DNA of 64,000 bases from an uncultured Chloroflexia bacterium (GTDB lineage: Bacteria > Chloroflexota > Limnocylindria > Limnocylindrales > CSP1-4): positions 35,193 through 99,192 of the forward strand of contig CAWGQH010000005.1 of the NCBI GenBank assembly GCA_963824735.1, in the 5' to 3' direction. The notes beneath the pieces are model-generated. The model saw only the letters and a list, made by a program, of their open reading frames with translations. It did not search any database and had not been told where the DNA came from. Positions 28,985 through 39,011 of this stretch are shown piece after piece. The position numbers were made by a program, and so were the translations under genes. Numbering within the stretch: position 1 is the first letter of the stretch; the number at the start of each line of letters is the position of its first letter.

Positions 28985-29888
28985 ATGTCGACCGAGCGGC
29001 CACGGCGGCGCCTCCTTCGCCCTGCGACGATCCTCCTGGCGGTCCTTGCCGGCCTGGCGATCGGGTTCGGCGCCGACGTCGCGCGCAGCGGCGGGTTCGG
29101 ATCGTGGCTGGCGCGCCACGGCCTGCCGCCGCCGTACCTGCCGCAGGGCGAGCGCTACGACATCGGGGAGCGGTCGCTGTACCTCGACTGCCGGGGGAGC
29201 GGCAGCCCGACGGTCGTGCTCGAGGCCGGCTCGGGCTCCGACAGCGCGACCTGGAGCGCGGTCCACGACGCGATCGCCGCGACGACCCGGACGTGCGCCT
29301 ACGATCGGGCGGGCCGCGGCCGCAGTGACGACCGCGAAACGCACACGCTCGCGGATGCGGTCACGGACTTGCGCGCGCTGCTCGAAGCGGCGGGCGAAGC
29401 CGGGCCCATTCGTCATCGCCGGCCACTCGCTCGGCGGGTCGTACGCCCGGGTGTTCGCCGCGACCTACCCGGACGACATGGCCGGGGCGGTGCTCGTGGA
29501 CTCGTTCGAGCCCGACGTCCAGGACGACCGCATCCACCCGCTCCTCGGCGAGCTCCAGCCCGAGTACGAGGGACAGCTCGACGGTCTGCGGGCGCACGTG
29601 TCCCGCGTCGACGGGCTCGACTGGGAGGCCAGCGAGGAGCAGCTCCGGGCGGCGTCCTTCGAGGGCATCCCGCTCGAGGTGCTGGTGGCGGCCCGCTACG
29701 AGCCGCGCCTGGATGCCGCCACGAACGAGGTGATCGCAGACACGTGGCGCGAGGGCATGGAATCGCTGTCGCCGGGCCGGACGACCTACACGATCGTCTA
29801 CGGCGCCGGCCACAACATCCACATCGACCGACCCGACACGGTGATCGACGCCGTGGGTCGCCTCGTCGACGCCGCTCGCGGCGACTGA
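28985..29888 (+). CDS. Alpha/beta hydrolase fold protein (one apparent frameshift)
   Basis: N-terminal TM/signal. …TVVLEAGSGSDSATW…CAYDRAGRGRSD. After a frame change near 29400, nucleophile elbow VIAGHSLGG and …YGAGHNIHIDRPD. Confidence 0.65.
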
Positions 29889-29911
29889 CCGCCGGGCTAT
29901 CCTCCCAATCC

Positions 29912-31288
29912 ATGGACCTCCCGCGGACGATCATCGAGCCGTTCCGCATCCACGCCGTCGAGCCCATCCGCATCACGACGCGCGACGAGCGCGCGGCGGC
30001 GCTCGAGGCGGCGGGCTGGAACCTGTTCGCGATCCACGCCGAGGACGTGCTCATCGACCTGCTGACCGACTCGGGAACCGGGGCGATGAGCCGCGACCAG
30101 TGGGCGGCGGTCCAGCACGGCGACGAGTCGTACGCCGGCTCGCCGTCGTGGTACGCGTTCCTCGAGGCGGTCCAGGAGCTGTTCCCGTTCCCGCACGTCA
30201 TCCCGACCCACCAGGGTCGGGCGGCCGAGAAGATCCTGTTCAGCGTCCTGGGCGGGCCGGACAAGGTCATCCCCAACAACACCCACTTCGACACCACGCG
30301 CGCCAACGTGGAGTTCACGGGCGCCGAGGCGGTCGACCTCGTCATCCCCGAGGGCGGCGACCCACAGGCGATCCATCCGTTCAAGGGGAACATGGACATC
30401 GATCGGCTCGAGTCCCTGCTCGACGCCAACGGCGACCGCGTCCCGGTCGTCTTCGTCACCGTCACGAACAACTCGGGCGGCGGCCAGCCGGTCTCGCTCG
30501 AGAACCTGCGCGCGGTCCGTGCCGTGTGCGACCGCCATGGCGTCCCGCTGTTCCTCGATGCCTGCCGGTTCGCCGAGAACGCGTGGTTCATCAAGACCCG
30601 CGAGCCGGGCCAGGCGGACCGCTCGGTCATCGACATCGTCCACGACATGGCGGCCCTCGCCGACGGCATGACGATGAGTGCCAAGAAGGACGGGCTCGCC
30701 AACATCGGCGGCTGGCTCGCGATGCGCGATTCGGCGCTCGCGGAGCAGTGCCGCAACATGCTCATCCTGACCGAGGGCTTCCCGACGTACGGCGGTCTCG
30801 CCGGCCGCGACCTCGAGGCGATCGCCCAGGGCCTGCGCGAGGTCGTCGACGACGACTACCTGCGCTACCGCATTCGATCGACTGCCTACCTCGGCGAGGC
30901 ACTCGATTCGGCCGGCGTTCCGGTCGTCAAGCCATACGGCGGCCATGCCGTGTACCTCGACGCCCGGGCGCTCCTGCCGCACGTGCCCCCGCTCGAGTAC
31001 CCCGGCCAGGCGCTCGCCATCGCGCTCTACCTCGAGGGTGGGATCCGCGGCTGCGAGATCGGCACGGTGATGTTCGGGCGGCACCCGGACGGCACCGAGA
31101 CGCCGGCCGCGATGGACCTCGTGCGGCTGGCCATCCCGCGCCGCACCTACACGCAGAGCCACATCGACTACGTCATCGAGGTGGTGACCGCGGTCGCCGC
31201 ACAGGCAGCGGAACTGCGCGGCTACCGGATCGCCGACGAGCCACCGGCCCTGCGCCACTTCACGGCGCGGTTCGAGCCCATCAGCTAG
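29912..31288 (+). CDS. Tryptophanase / tyrosine phenol-lyase family beta-eliminating lyase (PLP-dependent)
   Basis: 458 aa, intact. …FRIHAVEPIRITTRDER…IDLLTDSGTGAMS… PLP-lysine region …MSAKKDGLANIGGWLAM…. …EGFPTYGGLAGRDLEAIAQGL. Confidence 0.85.
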   Translation: MDLPRTIIEPFRIHAVEPIRITTRDERAAALEAAGWNLFAIHAEDVLIDLLTDSGTGAMSRDQWAAVQHGDESYAGSPSWYAFLEAVQELFPFPHVIPTHQGRAAEKILFSVLGGPDKVIPNNTHFDTTRANVEFTGAEAVDLVIPEGGDPQAIHPFKGNMDIDRLESLLDANGDRVPVVFVTVTNNSGGGQPVSLENLRAVRAVCDRHGVPLFLDACRFAENAWFIKTREPGQADRSVIDIVHDMAALADGMTMSAKKDGLANIGGWLAMRDSALAEQCRNMLILTEGFPTYGGLAGRDLEAIAQGLREVVDDDYLRYRIRSTAYLGEALDSAGVPVVKPYGGHAVYLDARALLPHVPPLEYPGQALAIALYLEGGIRGCEIGTVMFGRHPDGTETPAAMDLVRLAIPRRTYTQSHIDYVIEVVTAVAAQAAELRGYRIADEPPALRHFTARFEPIS

Positions 31289-31297
31289 GGGAGCAGG

Positions 31298-32337
31298 ATG
31301 TTCAGCTTCGGTCGCAACCGGGCCGACGACCCCGGCGCCGAGTTCTGGAAGTGGTGGCCGGGCGCCCGCGATGGGATCGCGAAGGCAATCGTCAGCGGGG
31401 CATTCAACGACCGGATCGTCAACGACATCACCAAGCATGTCCGGCGGGTGCACCCGCAGATGGCGTGGGAGCTGCAGCCCGGGTCGCAGGCGGCCCACGC
31501 GTTCTGCCTGTCTCCCGAGGGCAACCCGGAGCTGCGCCAGGTGGCGCTGCGCTGGCTCGAACGGGCGCCGACGCCGGATGCGACGTGGGAATACCACCCC
31601 TCGAAGCAGCCGGCGAAGTCGTTGATGACGCTGATGGTCGCCGGTGGGCAGTTCGATCTCGAGGAGATGCGCGCGAGCACGGCCTGGGACGAGACGCGAC
31701 GCCTCGTCGACGTCCGGCTATGGCACCCCCGCTTTCCCGATGTGCCCGAGCCCGTCCGGTTGCAGGCGGCCTTCCTGTTCCTCGACCACCTGCTTGGCGA
31801 GGACGGCGTCGAGCGCTGGATCGGCGCGATCGAGCTGTTCGAAGGGCCGACCAGTGGGCGTACGCCGGCTGAGCTCAAGGCCGAGGTCGAGCGCCACGCA
31901 GCCGAGCCGAAGGGCGAGGCGACCTGGGTCAACGGCGAGGTCACGCGGCCCGACGGCACCGTGCGAACTGCTCATCGCCGATGCCGCGCTGAAGCGGATC
32001 GACCATCCCTTCCACGACTGGTGGGTGTGGGTCCAGATGCTGTGGGGCGCCGATCGCTTTCCGACGGACGAGGAAGCAGAACAGTTGAACGCAGGAGGAG
32101 GACAACTTCCTCGAGCGCATGGGTGAGCGCGCGATCCTCGCCGCCCGCGTCACCGTGCCGGGCAGCCGAACGTGGCACTTCGTGGCGCCCGACTTCGAGA
32201 AGATGCGCCCCGCGATCGACGGCTGGGCGGAGTGGCTGCCGGACTCGCTGTCGCCCGGGCTCCCCCAACGCCGGCTCAAGATCGACGGCGGCCAGGACAT
32301 GACCTGGCAGTTCCAGCGGGACCTGGGTATTCGGTGA
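31298..32337 (+). CDS. Hypothetical protein (domain of unknown function; two apparent frameshifts)
   Basis: Non-biased sequence across three consecutive frames (MFSFGRNRADDPGAEFWKWWPG…, …LIADAALKRIDHPFHDWWVWVQMLWGADRFPTDEE…, …RTWHFVAPDFEKMRPAIDGWAEWLPD…). Stop overlaps the ZIP start (GTGA). Confidence 0.45.
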
Positions 32338-33080
32338 TCGAGGCCCTGTTCTGGGGCGGCCTGGGCGCGTCCGCGCTGCTCGTGGGCGCGGTGATGGCGT
32401 TCCTCGCCAACGTTCCGAAGCACGTCCAGGGGCTCATCCTCGCCTTCGGGGCAGGGACACTCATCGGCGCGGTCGCCTACGAGCTGTTCGAGGAAGCCGT
32501 CGAGCTCTCGGTGAGCGGCATCGACGTGGCGATCGGGTTCGGGCTCGGGGCGACGGTCTTCTATCTCGGCAGCCTCGGCATCGACCGCCTGTCGCCCGAG
32601 CCAGCCCGAGGCGCCCGACGGCATGGCTTCGAAGCGCGACCCGCGCACGAGCGGCCTCGCGCTCGTGCTCGGCGCGGTGCTCGACGGGATCCCCGAGTCG
32701 GTCGTCCTGGGCCTGTCGCTGCTCGGCCGGTCAGGGGGTCAGCGTCGCCGTCCTTGTGGCGGTCTTCATCTCGAACATCCCCGAGGGCCTGTCCGCGAGC
32801 GAGGACCTCGCCGATGCGGGCCTCAAGCGGATGCGCATCCTCGGCCTGTGGGTCCTCGTCGTCGCGGTGAGCGCGCTTGCCGCCGCGTTCGGCTTCGGCG
32901 TGCTCGGCAAGATGGGACCGCACGTGGTCGTGCTCCTTGACTCGTTCGCCGCCGGCGCGATCCTCGCGATGCTCGCCGAGTCGATGATCCCGGAGGCCTA
33001 CGAGCAGGGCGGCCGCGCGGTCGGGCCTCGCGACGACCCTGGGGTTCGCGATCGCGGCAGCGCTGTCGTTCCAGACGTGA
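32334..33080 (+). CDS. ZIP-family (ZupT-like) divalent metal transporter, two to three apparent frameshifts
   Basis: GTG 32334. …GGLGASALLVGAVMAFLA…, …LVLGAVLDGIPESVVLGLSLL…, …VAVFISNIPEGLSA…FAAGAILAMLAESMIPEAYEQGG… spread over three frames. Confidence 0.6.
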
Positions 33081-33115
33081 GCATCGGCTGGCGCGACGTC
33101 GTCGAGCGGTTCGCG

Positions 33116-33513
33116 ATGGCGGCCCATCCCGAGGGTGGCTGGTACGTGGAGACGTGGCGGGCCGACCCGCCGCCTGGCGGCGCAGGGCGGCCGATCGCGA
33201 GCGCGATCCTGTTCCTGCTGCCGGCCGGCGAGGAATCCCGCTGGCATCGGGTCGACGCCGACGAGCTGTGGCAGTACTCGGCGGGCGATCCGCTGGAGCT
33301 GCGCATCGCGCCGTCGGACGGCGGGCCGGTGAGCACGACATCGGCTCGGCCCGGACGTCACGGCCGGCGACGTGGTCCAGGTCGTGGTGCCGGCGGGCGC
33401 GTGGCAGGCGGCGCGCCCGCTGGGCGCGTGGACCCTCGTGGGCTGCGTCGTGGCGCCGGCCTTCTCGTTCGATGGGTTCGAGCTCGCTCCCGAGGGTTGG
33501 GAGCCGGACTGAC
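33116..33513 (+). CDS. Cupin-domain (DUF985-like) protein, one apparent frameshift
   Basis: MAAHPEGGWYVETWRAD…ASAILFLLPAGEESRWHRVDADELWQYSAGDPLELRI…, then after a shift …VVQVVVPAGAWQAARPLGAWTLVGCVVAPAFSFDGFELA. Confidence 0.55.
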
Positions 33514-33593
33514 GATTTAACCCCGATCCTCCGGCACGGCACTCATAGTGGATGAAGCGTCCCGCCCAGGGGCGCGAAGAGGGAGCCGGATGG

Positions 33594-34151
33594 ATGGACC
33601 TGGCGCTCGTCGAAGCAGCGCGGTCCGGGGACGAGGAGGCGTTCGCCTCCATCGCCCGCGGCTCGGCTGACCGGCTGTTCGCCGTCGCGCATCGGATCCT
33701 GCGTGACGTCGGACGCGCCGAGGACGCCGTCCAGCAAACGCTCGTCACGGCGTGGCGGGACCTTCCCGCGCTCCGCGACATCGAGCGTTTCGAGGCCTGG
33801 ATTCATCGAATCCTGGTCCACACCTGCTATGCCGAGGCGAAGCGCGCCTCGAAGTGGTCAGCCAACGTCGTGGCCCTGCCCATGGACGGGCCCGCGACGC
33901 CGGACACCACCGTCAGCATCGAAACGCGCGACGCGCTGGATCGAGGGTTCCGCCGGCTGCCGACGGAGCAACGCGCGGCTTTCGTGCTGCATCACTACCT
34001 CGGCTGGTCGGTCGGGGAGATCGCCGAGAACCTCGGCGTCCCGACCGAAACGATCAGGTCGAGGCTCCGCTACGCGACTTCCACCCTCCGGGCGGCGCTC
34101 GACGCCGATGACCGGACGACCAGCATCACGTCCCGGGAGCGGATGGCATGA
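33594..34151 (+). CDS. ECF RNA polymerase sigma factor
   Basis: …EEAFASIARGSADRLFAVAHRILRDVGRAEDAVQQTLVTAWRDLPALRD…FEAWIHRILVHTC…LPTEQRAAFVLHHYLGWSVGEIAENLGVPTETIRSRLRYA. ATGA overlap with the downstream anti-sigma gene. Confidence 0.8.
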   Translation: MDLALVEAARSGDEEAFASIARGSADRLFAVAHRILRDVGRAEDAVQQTLVTAWRDLPALRDIERFEAWIHRILVHTCYAEAKRASKWSANVVALPMDGPATPDTTVSIETRDALDRGFRRLPTEQRAAFVLHHYLGWSVGEIAENLGVPTETIRSRLRYATSTLRAALDADDRTTSITSRERMA

Positions 34152-34940
34152 ACGAGAACGAATTCGATCGAACCGCCCGAGCCTGGCTCGATGACGGCCC
34201 GACCCGAATGTCCGACCGAGCCCTGCTGTCCGCCCTCGAGGAGATCCACACGACTCGACAGCGCCGTGCCTGGTGGCCGGCGCGGAGGGCAACACCTGTG
34301 AACATCTTCGTGCGAGCGGCCATTGCCGCGGTCCTCGTGGTCGGCGTCGGCCTCGTGGCCATCAACGTCCTTCCGCGCCAGCCGGACGGATCGAGCGTCG
34401 GCGGCCAACCCAGCGCAAGCCCGTCGCCGAGCGCTTCAGGCGTCGCCTTCGCAGCCCCGGCCCCGTCAGCGGCGGCCATTCCCGAGCTGACGCAGACCTA
34501 TGTCTCGTCGCTCAACGGCTTCTCGATCGGCTACCCCGACGGCTTCGAGATCGAGCCGGCGACGGTGCTCTGCGGTGCCTCTCGTCGAACAGGAAAACAA
34601 GGAGTTCGATTTCATTCACAGCGGGACGTACTCCTTCCGGGGCGCATCCACGGCGGCCCCGGATGGGGTTGTGATCGATGAGTGGATCGACCGGGCCGTT
34701 GGGTATCAGCCCGGCGGCTGCGGTGTACCTCGCAGCGAGCAACCCGAGATCACCATCGATGGGCAACCGGGGCGCGTCTGGGAGGGGTGTCCCGGCGAGA
34801 TCGAGGCGACGGTCGTCGTCGGCGGGCGCGTGTATCTCTTCACCCTGTTCGGCGACGGTGTCTCCAGGGCGCTCTTCGACGCCTACGCGTCCACGATCGA
34901 TCTGCGCCCGGAGGAAGCAGCGAGCCCGGCGCCGTCGTGA
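34148..34940 (+). CDS. Putative anti-sigma factor (cytoplasmic N-domain, one TM, extracytoplasmic domain), one apparent frameshift
   Basis: TM VNIFVRAAIAAVLVVGVGLVAINVL. C-terminal domain continues in another frame after about 34575 (…IDGQPGRVWEGCPGEIEATVVVGGRVYLFTLFGDG…). Confidence 0.5.
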
Positions 34941-35101
34941 TCGAATCGGGTCAGCAGGGAGCCGGCTGCGCGCCGGCTCTCGCCCGCCCATTCCGCGGGA
35001 TCAGACTTCTTTCCGCGATGACACTTCCCGGCATCATTGATGCCGGGAAGTTGCATCACAGAAGAGAGAGCGTTTCCGCGCGTGCTCAGGCCGCCCGGAG
35101 C

Positions 35102-36314
35102 TCAGACCGCGCCTTCGCGCATCCCCCAGGGCGAGCCGTACTCGGTGAGCAGGTCGAGGAAGGGCACCGCGTCGAACGCCTCCGGCCCGAGGACGCCGGT
35201 CCCGGTCCATGTGCCTGAGGCGAGCAGTTCGAGCGCCACGACCGGGTTGATCGCCGTCTGCCAGACGACGGCCTGGGAGCCGTCGAGGGCCATGGTCGTC
35301 TCGTTGTCGACCACGTGGTACAGGTAGACCTCGCGGGCACGGCCGTCCTTCGTGCCCGTGACCCACACGCCGGCACAGGTCTTGCCGCGCATCCGGTCGC
35401 CGAGCGTGGCGGGATCCGGGAGCGCGGCGGCCACCACGTCCCGTGGCGCCACCTCGACCCCGCCGACCCGCAGCTTGTCGGTCCGGTCGAGACCCAGCAT
35501 GTGCAGCGTCTTCAGCACCCCGATGAACTCGTCGCCGAGGCCGTATTTGAAGGTCACCCGCCGCGCGTTCACCCAGCGCGGGATCAGCAGGACCTCTTCG
35601 TGCTCGACGTTGACGCATTCGACCGGCCCGATCCCCTCCGGGAAGTCGAACGTCTCGGGCTCGGAGAACGGCGGCGTGGTGTACCAGCCCCGCTCGCGCT
35701 CCCAGACGACCGGCGGGTTGAGGCACTCCTCGATCGTCGTCCAGATCGAGAATGACGGCGCGAAGTCGTAGCCGTCGACCACGAGGTTGGCGCCGTCGCG
35801 CACGCCGATCTCGTCGATCTCGTCGAACAGGTGGTCGGCGGCGTAGCGGGCGAAGACGTCCGACAGGCCGGGTTCGACGCCGATCCCGACAAGTGCCAGG
35901 CGGCCGGCCGTTTCCCAGTCGGTCGCCCTGCCGAACTGCTCGTCACCGAGCTTGACGCCGGTCCGCTCGTACGGTGCGTCCGGATCCGGCCGCGACAGCG
36001 ACATCGCCATGTCGAGGTAGTTCGCCCCGGCCGCGAACGCGCCCTCGAAGATCGGCATGACGAAGCGCGGGTCGACCGCGTTCAGGACGTGGGTGCTGCC
36101 GTGCTCGCGGGCCAGCGCCGCGACGGCCGCCGGATCCGAGGCGTCCACCCGGGCAGCCACGAAGCGGGGGTCGCCATCGAGCCGCGGCGATGGCACGCTC
36201 CGCGCGGGCGGGGTCGTAGTCGGCCACGACGACCTGCTCATAGAACGAGCGGCGCGCCGCGATCGGGACGACGGCGCTGCCGACGCCTCCGGCGCCGACG
36301 ACGAGGATTCGCAT
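35102..36314 (-). CDS. Saccharopine dehydrogenase NADP-binding domain protein (one apparent frameshift)
   Basis: Rossmann N-terminus MRILVVGAGGVGSAVV…VVADYDPARAERA. Rest of protein in another frame (shift near 36180): …HVLNAVDPRFVMPIFEGAFAAGANYLDMAMS… to …LLTEYGSPWGMREGAV. Confidence 0.7.
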
Positions 36315-36330
36315 CGCGCTCAGCGCGCGC

Positions 36331-36930
36331 TCAGCCGGGTGGTCGGCGCCACTCGATCGGTCCCGTGAAGCAGTGGTTGAGCGCCTTGCACGCCCCGTAC
36401 GAGAGATCGAACTGGCGATCGTCGACGTACGGACCTCGATCGATGACGGGAACCGTCACGACCTTGCCGTTGTGCCGGAACTGGACCTTCGTCCCGCACG
36501 GCAGCGTGCGGTGGGCGACGCCCATGATCGTCTTCGTGTAGGTCTGGCCGCAGGCGGTGCCGTTGCCGAAGAAGCCGCCTCCGTACCAGCTGATCTCGGG
36601 GTCGCGCTTCCACGTGTTCTTCACGAGCGCGCCGCCCTTGGCCTTGGGCTGGGCAGCCGTAACCCTGCCCTCGGGGGCTTCGGTTCGCTTGTCCGGCTCG
36701 ATGAGCTTCGAGCGTTCGTCCAGGGCTCCTGCGGAGCGGCTCCCCGGATCGAGGGGCTGAATCGTCGTTGCCGGTCCCTGGACTGCTGCCGCGACCTCGA
36801 CTTGCGCGAAGAGGTCGGGATCGGTCTCGAGCGGGAGGCTTGGGCCTCGTGACCCGACCGGTCCGGGGACGGCGACCGCGGCGATCGCGGCGGTGAGCGC
36901 CACGACCGCGACGACCCTTGGGTGTCGCAC
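36331..36930 (-). CDS. Secreted RlpA-like double-psi beta-barrel (DPBB) domain protein; start approximate
   Basis: Signal-like VVAVVALTAAIAAVAVPG. C-terminal …ISWYGGGFFGNGTACGQTYTKTIMGVAHRTLPCGTKVQFRHNGKVVTVPVIDRGPY… typical of RlpA/expansin-like DPBB. Confidence 0.55.
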   Translation of the reverse strand: MRHPRVVAVVALTAAIAAVAVPGPVGSRGPSLPLETDPDLFAQVEVAAAVQGPATTIQPLDPGSRSAGALDERSKLIEPDKRTEAPEGRVTAAQPKAKGGALVKNTWKRDPEISWYGGGFFGNGTACGQTYTKTIMGVAHRTLPCGTKVQFRHNGKVVTVPVIDRGPYVDDRQFDLSYGACKALNHCFTGPIEWRRPPG

Positions 36931-37034
36931 GTCGAGAGGGACTATACGGTAGATCACTGCCCGACGCACGGGGGTGGCCCCCGGGTCGCACTCCGGATCG
37001 CTCGGCGCGAACCGGTTCGTGCCAGACTCGGGCC

Positions 37035-37943
37035 GTGCCCACGCTCCGAATCGCGGTCGAAGGACCACTCGATCTGGCCCGGACGCTGGCCCCGCTGCGG
37101 CGCGGCTACGGCGACCCGACGATGCGTCTCGCGGAACGCCGCTGCTGGCGCGCGACGCGCACCGCGGACGGTCCCGCCACGGTCGCGCTCGAGGTCCAGG
37201 GCGACACGGTGCTCGCCGAGGCGTGGGGACCCGGCGCCGACCGTGCCCTCGCCGCCGTTCCGTGGCTGATCGGACTCCACGACGACCGCACCGGCTTCCG
37301 GCCGCTGCATCCCGTGATCGCCGAGCTCGACCGCCGCTTCCGGGGCGTGCGCATCGGCCGGAGTGGTGCCGTCCTCGAGTCGCTGGTTCCGGGGATCCTC
37401 GAGCAGAAGGTGACCGGCGAGGAGGCACGGCGAGCCTTCCGTGGCCTGGTCCGGGCCTTCGGCGAACCGGCGCCGGGCCCGGAGGCGTTCAACCTGCGGC
37501 TGCCGCCGGCGCCCGAACGGCTGGCCGCGCTCCCCTACTACGGGTACCACGCCTTCGGCATCGAACGCCGGCGGGCCGAGGTCATCCGACGGGTCGCGGC
37601 CCGGGCCACCTGGTTCGAGGCGACCGTCGACCTGCCCCTCGACGAGGCATACGCCCGGTTGACGGCGCTGCCCGGCCTCGGACCGTGGACCGCCGCCGAG
37701 GTCGCCGTCCGTGCCCTGGGCGACGCCGACGCCGTGAGCGTCGGCGACTACCACCTGCCGAACCTGGTCGGCTCGGTGCTCGCGGGGGAACGCGGGGGCG
37801 ATGACGCCCGGATGCTCGAGCTGCTCGAGCCGTATCGCCCGCACCGCGCTCGAGTCATCCGCCTGATCGAGTCGGCCGGCGCCGCGTTGTGGGGCGCCCG
37901 ACGCGGCCCGCGCATGGCCCTGCGCCGGATCGAGTCGATATGA
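37035..37943 (+). CDS. DNA-3-methyladenine glycosylase II family (AlkA-like, HhH-GPD) protein
   Basis: GTG 37035. …LIGLHDD…GVRIGRSGAVLESLVPGILEQKVTGEEARRAF…LPGLGPWTAAEVAVRALGDADAVSVGDYHL…. Confidence 0.7.
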   Translation: MPTLRIAVEGPLDLARTLAPLRRGYGDPTMRLAERRCWRATRTADGPATVALEVQGDTVLAEAWGPGADRALAAVPWLIGLHDDRTGFRPLHPVIAELDRRFRGVRIGRSGAVLESLVPGILEQKVTGEEARRAFRGLVRAFGEPAPGPEAFNLRLPPAPERLAALPYYGYHAFGIERRRAEVIRRVAARATWFEATVDLPLDEAYARLTALPGLGPWTAAEVAVRALGDADAVSVGDYHLPNLVGSVLAGERGGDDARMLELLEPYRPHRARVIRLIESAGAALWGARRGPRMALRRIESI

Positions 37944-38942
37944 GCCGGCCGTCGCGGCGCGACCGGACCACACGGGGCGCCGAGCGCTCGGCTGCCGGCG
38001 ACGCGGCGAGCTGGTCGGGACCGCCGACCGAACCGGGTCCGACGGCTCGAGCGCCTGCGCTCCCTGTTCGCCTCCGGCGAGCCGATCCTCGCCGACGGGG
38101 CGATGGGCACGATGCTGTTCGCCGCCGGGCTCTCGTCGGGCGACCCACCGGAGACCTGGAACCTCGCCCACCCGGACGTCATTCGTGGGGTGCACCGCGG
38201 CTACCTCGACGCCGGGTCGCGGATCCTCCTGACGAACACGTTCGGCGCCAACCGCCTCCGGCTCGCCCTGCATCGGCTCGAGGACCGCGTCGAGCAGCTC
38301 AACCGGACCGCCGCGATCCTGCTCCGCGCCGAGGTGACCGCCGCGGGCGTGGAGGCGCTGGTGGCCGGTGACATCGGGCCGAGCGGGGAGATCATGGCGC
38401 CCCTCGGGACCCTCGAACGCGAGGCCGCGATCGACGTGTTCGCCGAGCAGGCCGGAGCCCTCGCGGCGGGTGGCGTGGACCTGTTCTGGATCGAGACGAT
38501 GTCCGACCTGGGCGAGATGGCGGCAGCGATCGCCGGCGCGCGGCGTGCCTCTCCCGCGACGCCGGTCGTGGCGACGATGACGTTCGACACCCGCGGCCAC
38601 ACGATGATGGGCGTCTCGCCGGAGGACGCGGCTCGCGCCCTCAGCGCGCTCGGGGTCGATGCGATCGGCGGAAACTGCGGGAACGGCCCGGACGAGATCC
38701 AGCCGGTCATCGAGCGGATGCGTGCGGTCGCCCCCGATCTGCCGCTCGTCGCAAAGCCGAACATCGGGATCCCGGTATTCGTCGGGGCGCGCGCCGAGTA
38801 CCGCACGCCCCCGGAGACGATGGCGACCGAGGCCACCGCCCTGCGAATGCGCGGTGCGACGGTGATCGGCGCGTGCTGTGGCAGCACGCCGGCCCATCTC
38901 GAGGCGATGGCCGGGGCGCTCGGGGTCAGCGCCAAAACCTGA
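37940..38942 (+). CDS. Homocysteine S-methyltransferase (MmuM/BHMT-like) domain protein; N-terminus uncertain (possible frameshift before 38043)
   Basis: ATG 37940 overlaps the AlkA-like stop (ATGA). Confident from 38103: …ADGAMGTMLF…LLTNTFGANR…GDIGPSG…DLFWIETMSDL…DAIGGNCGNGP…GACCGSTPAHL. Confidence 0.65.
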
Positions 38943-39011
38943 CGAAGCCGCGAAGCCGGCCGATCCATGCGGACCGGCCGGCCGGGCGGCGCTGGCGGCG
39001 GGGGTCGACCG

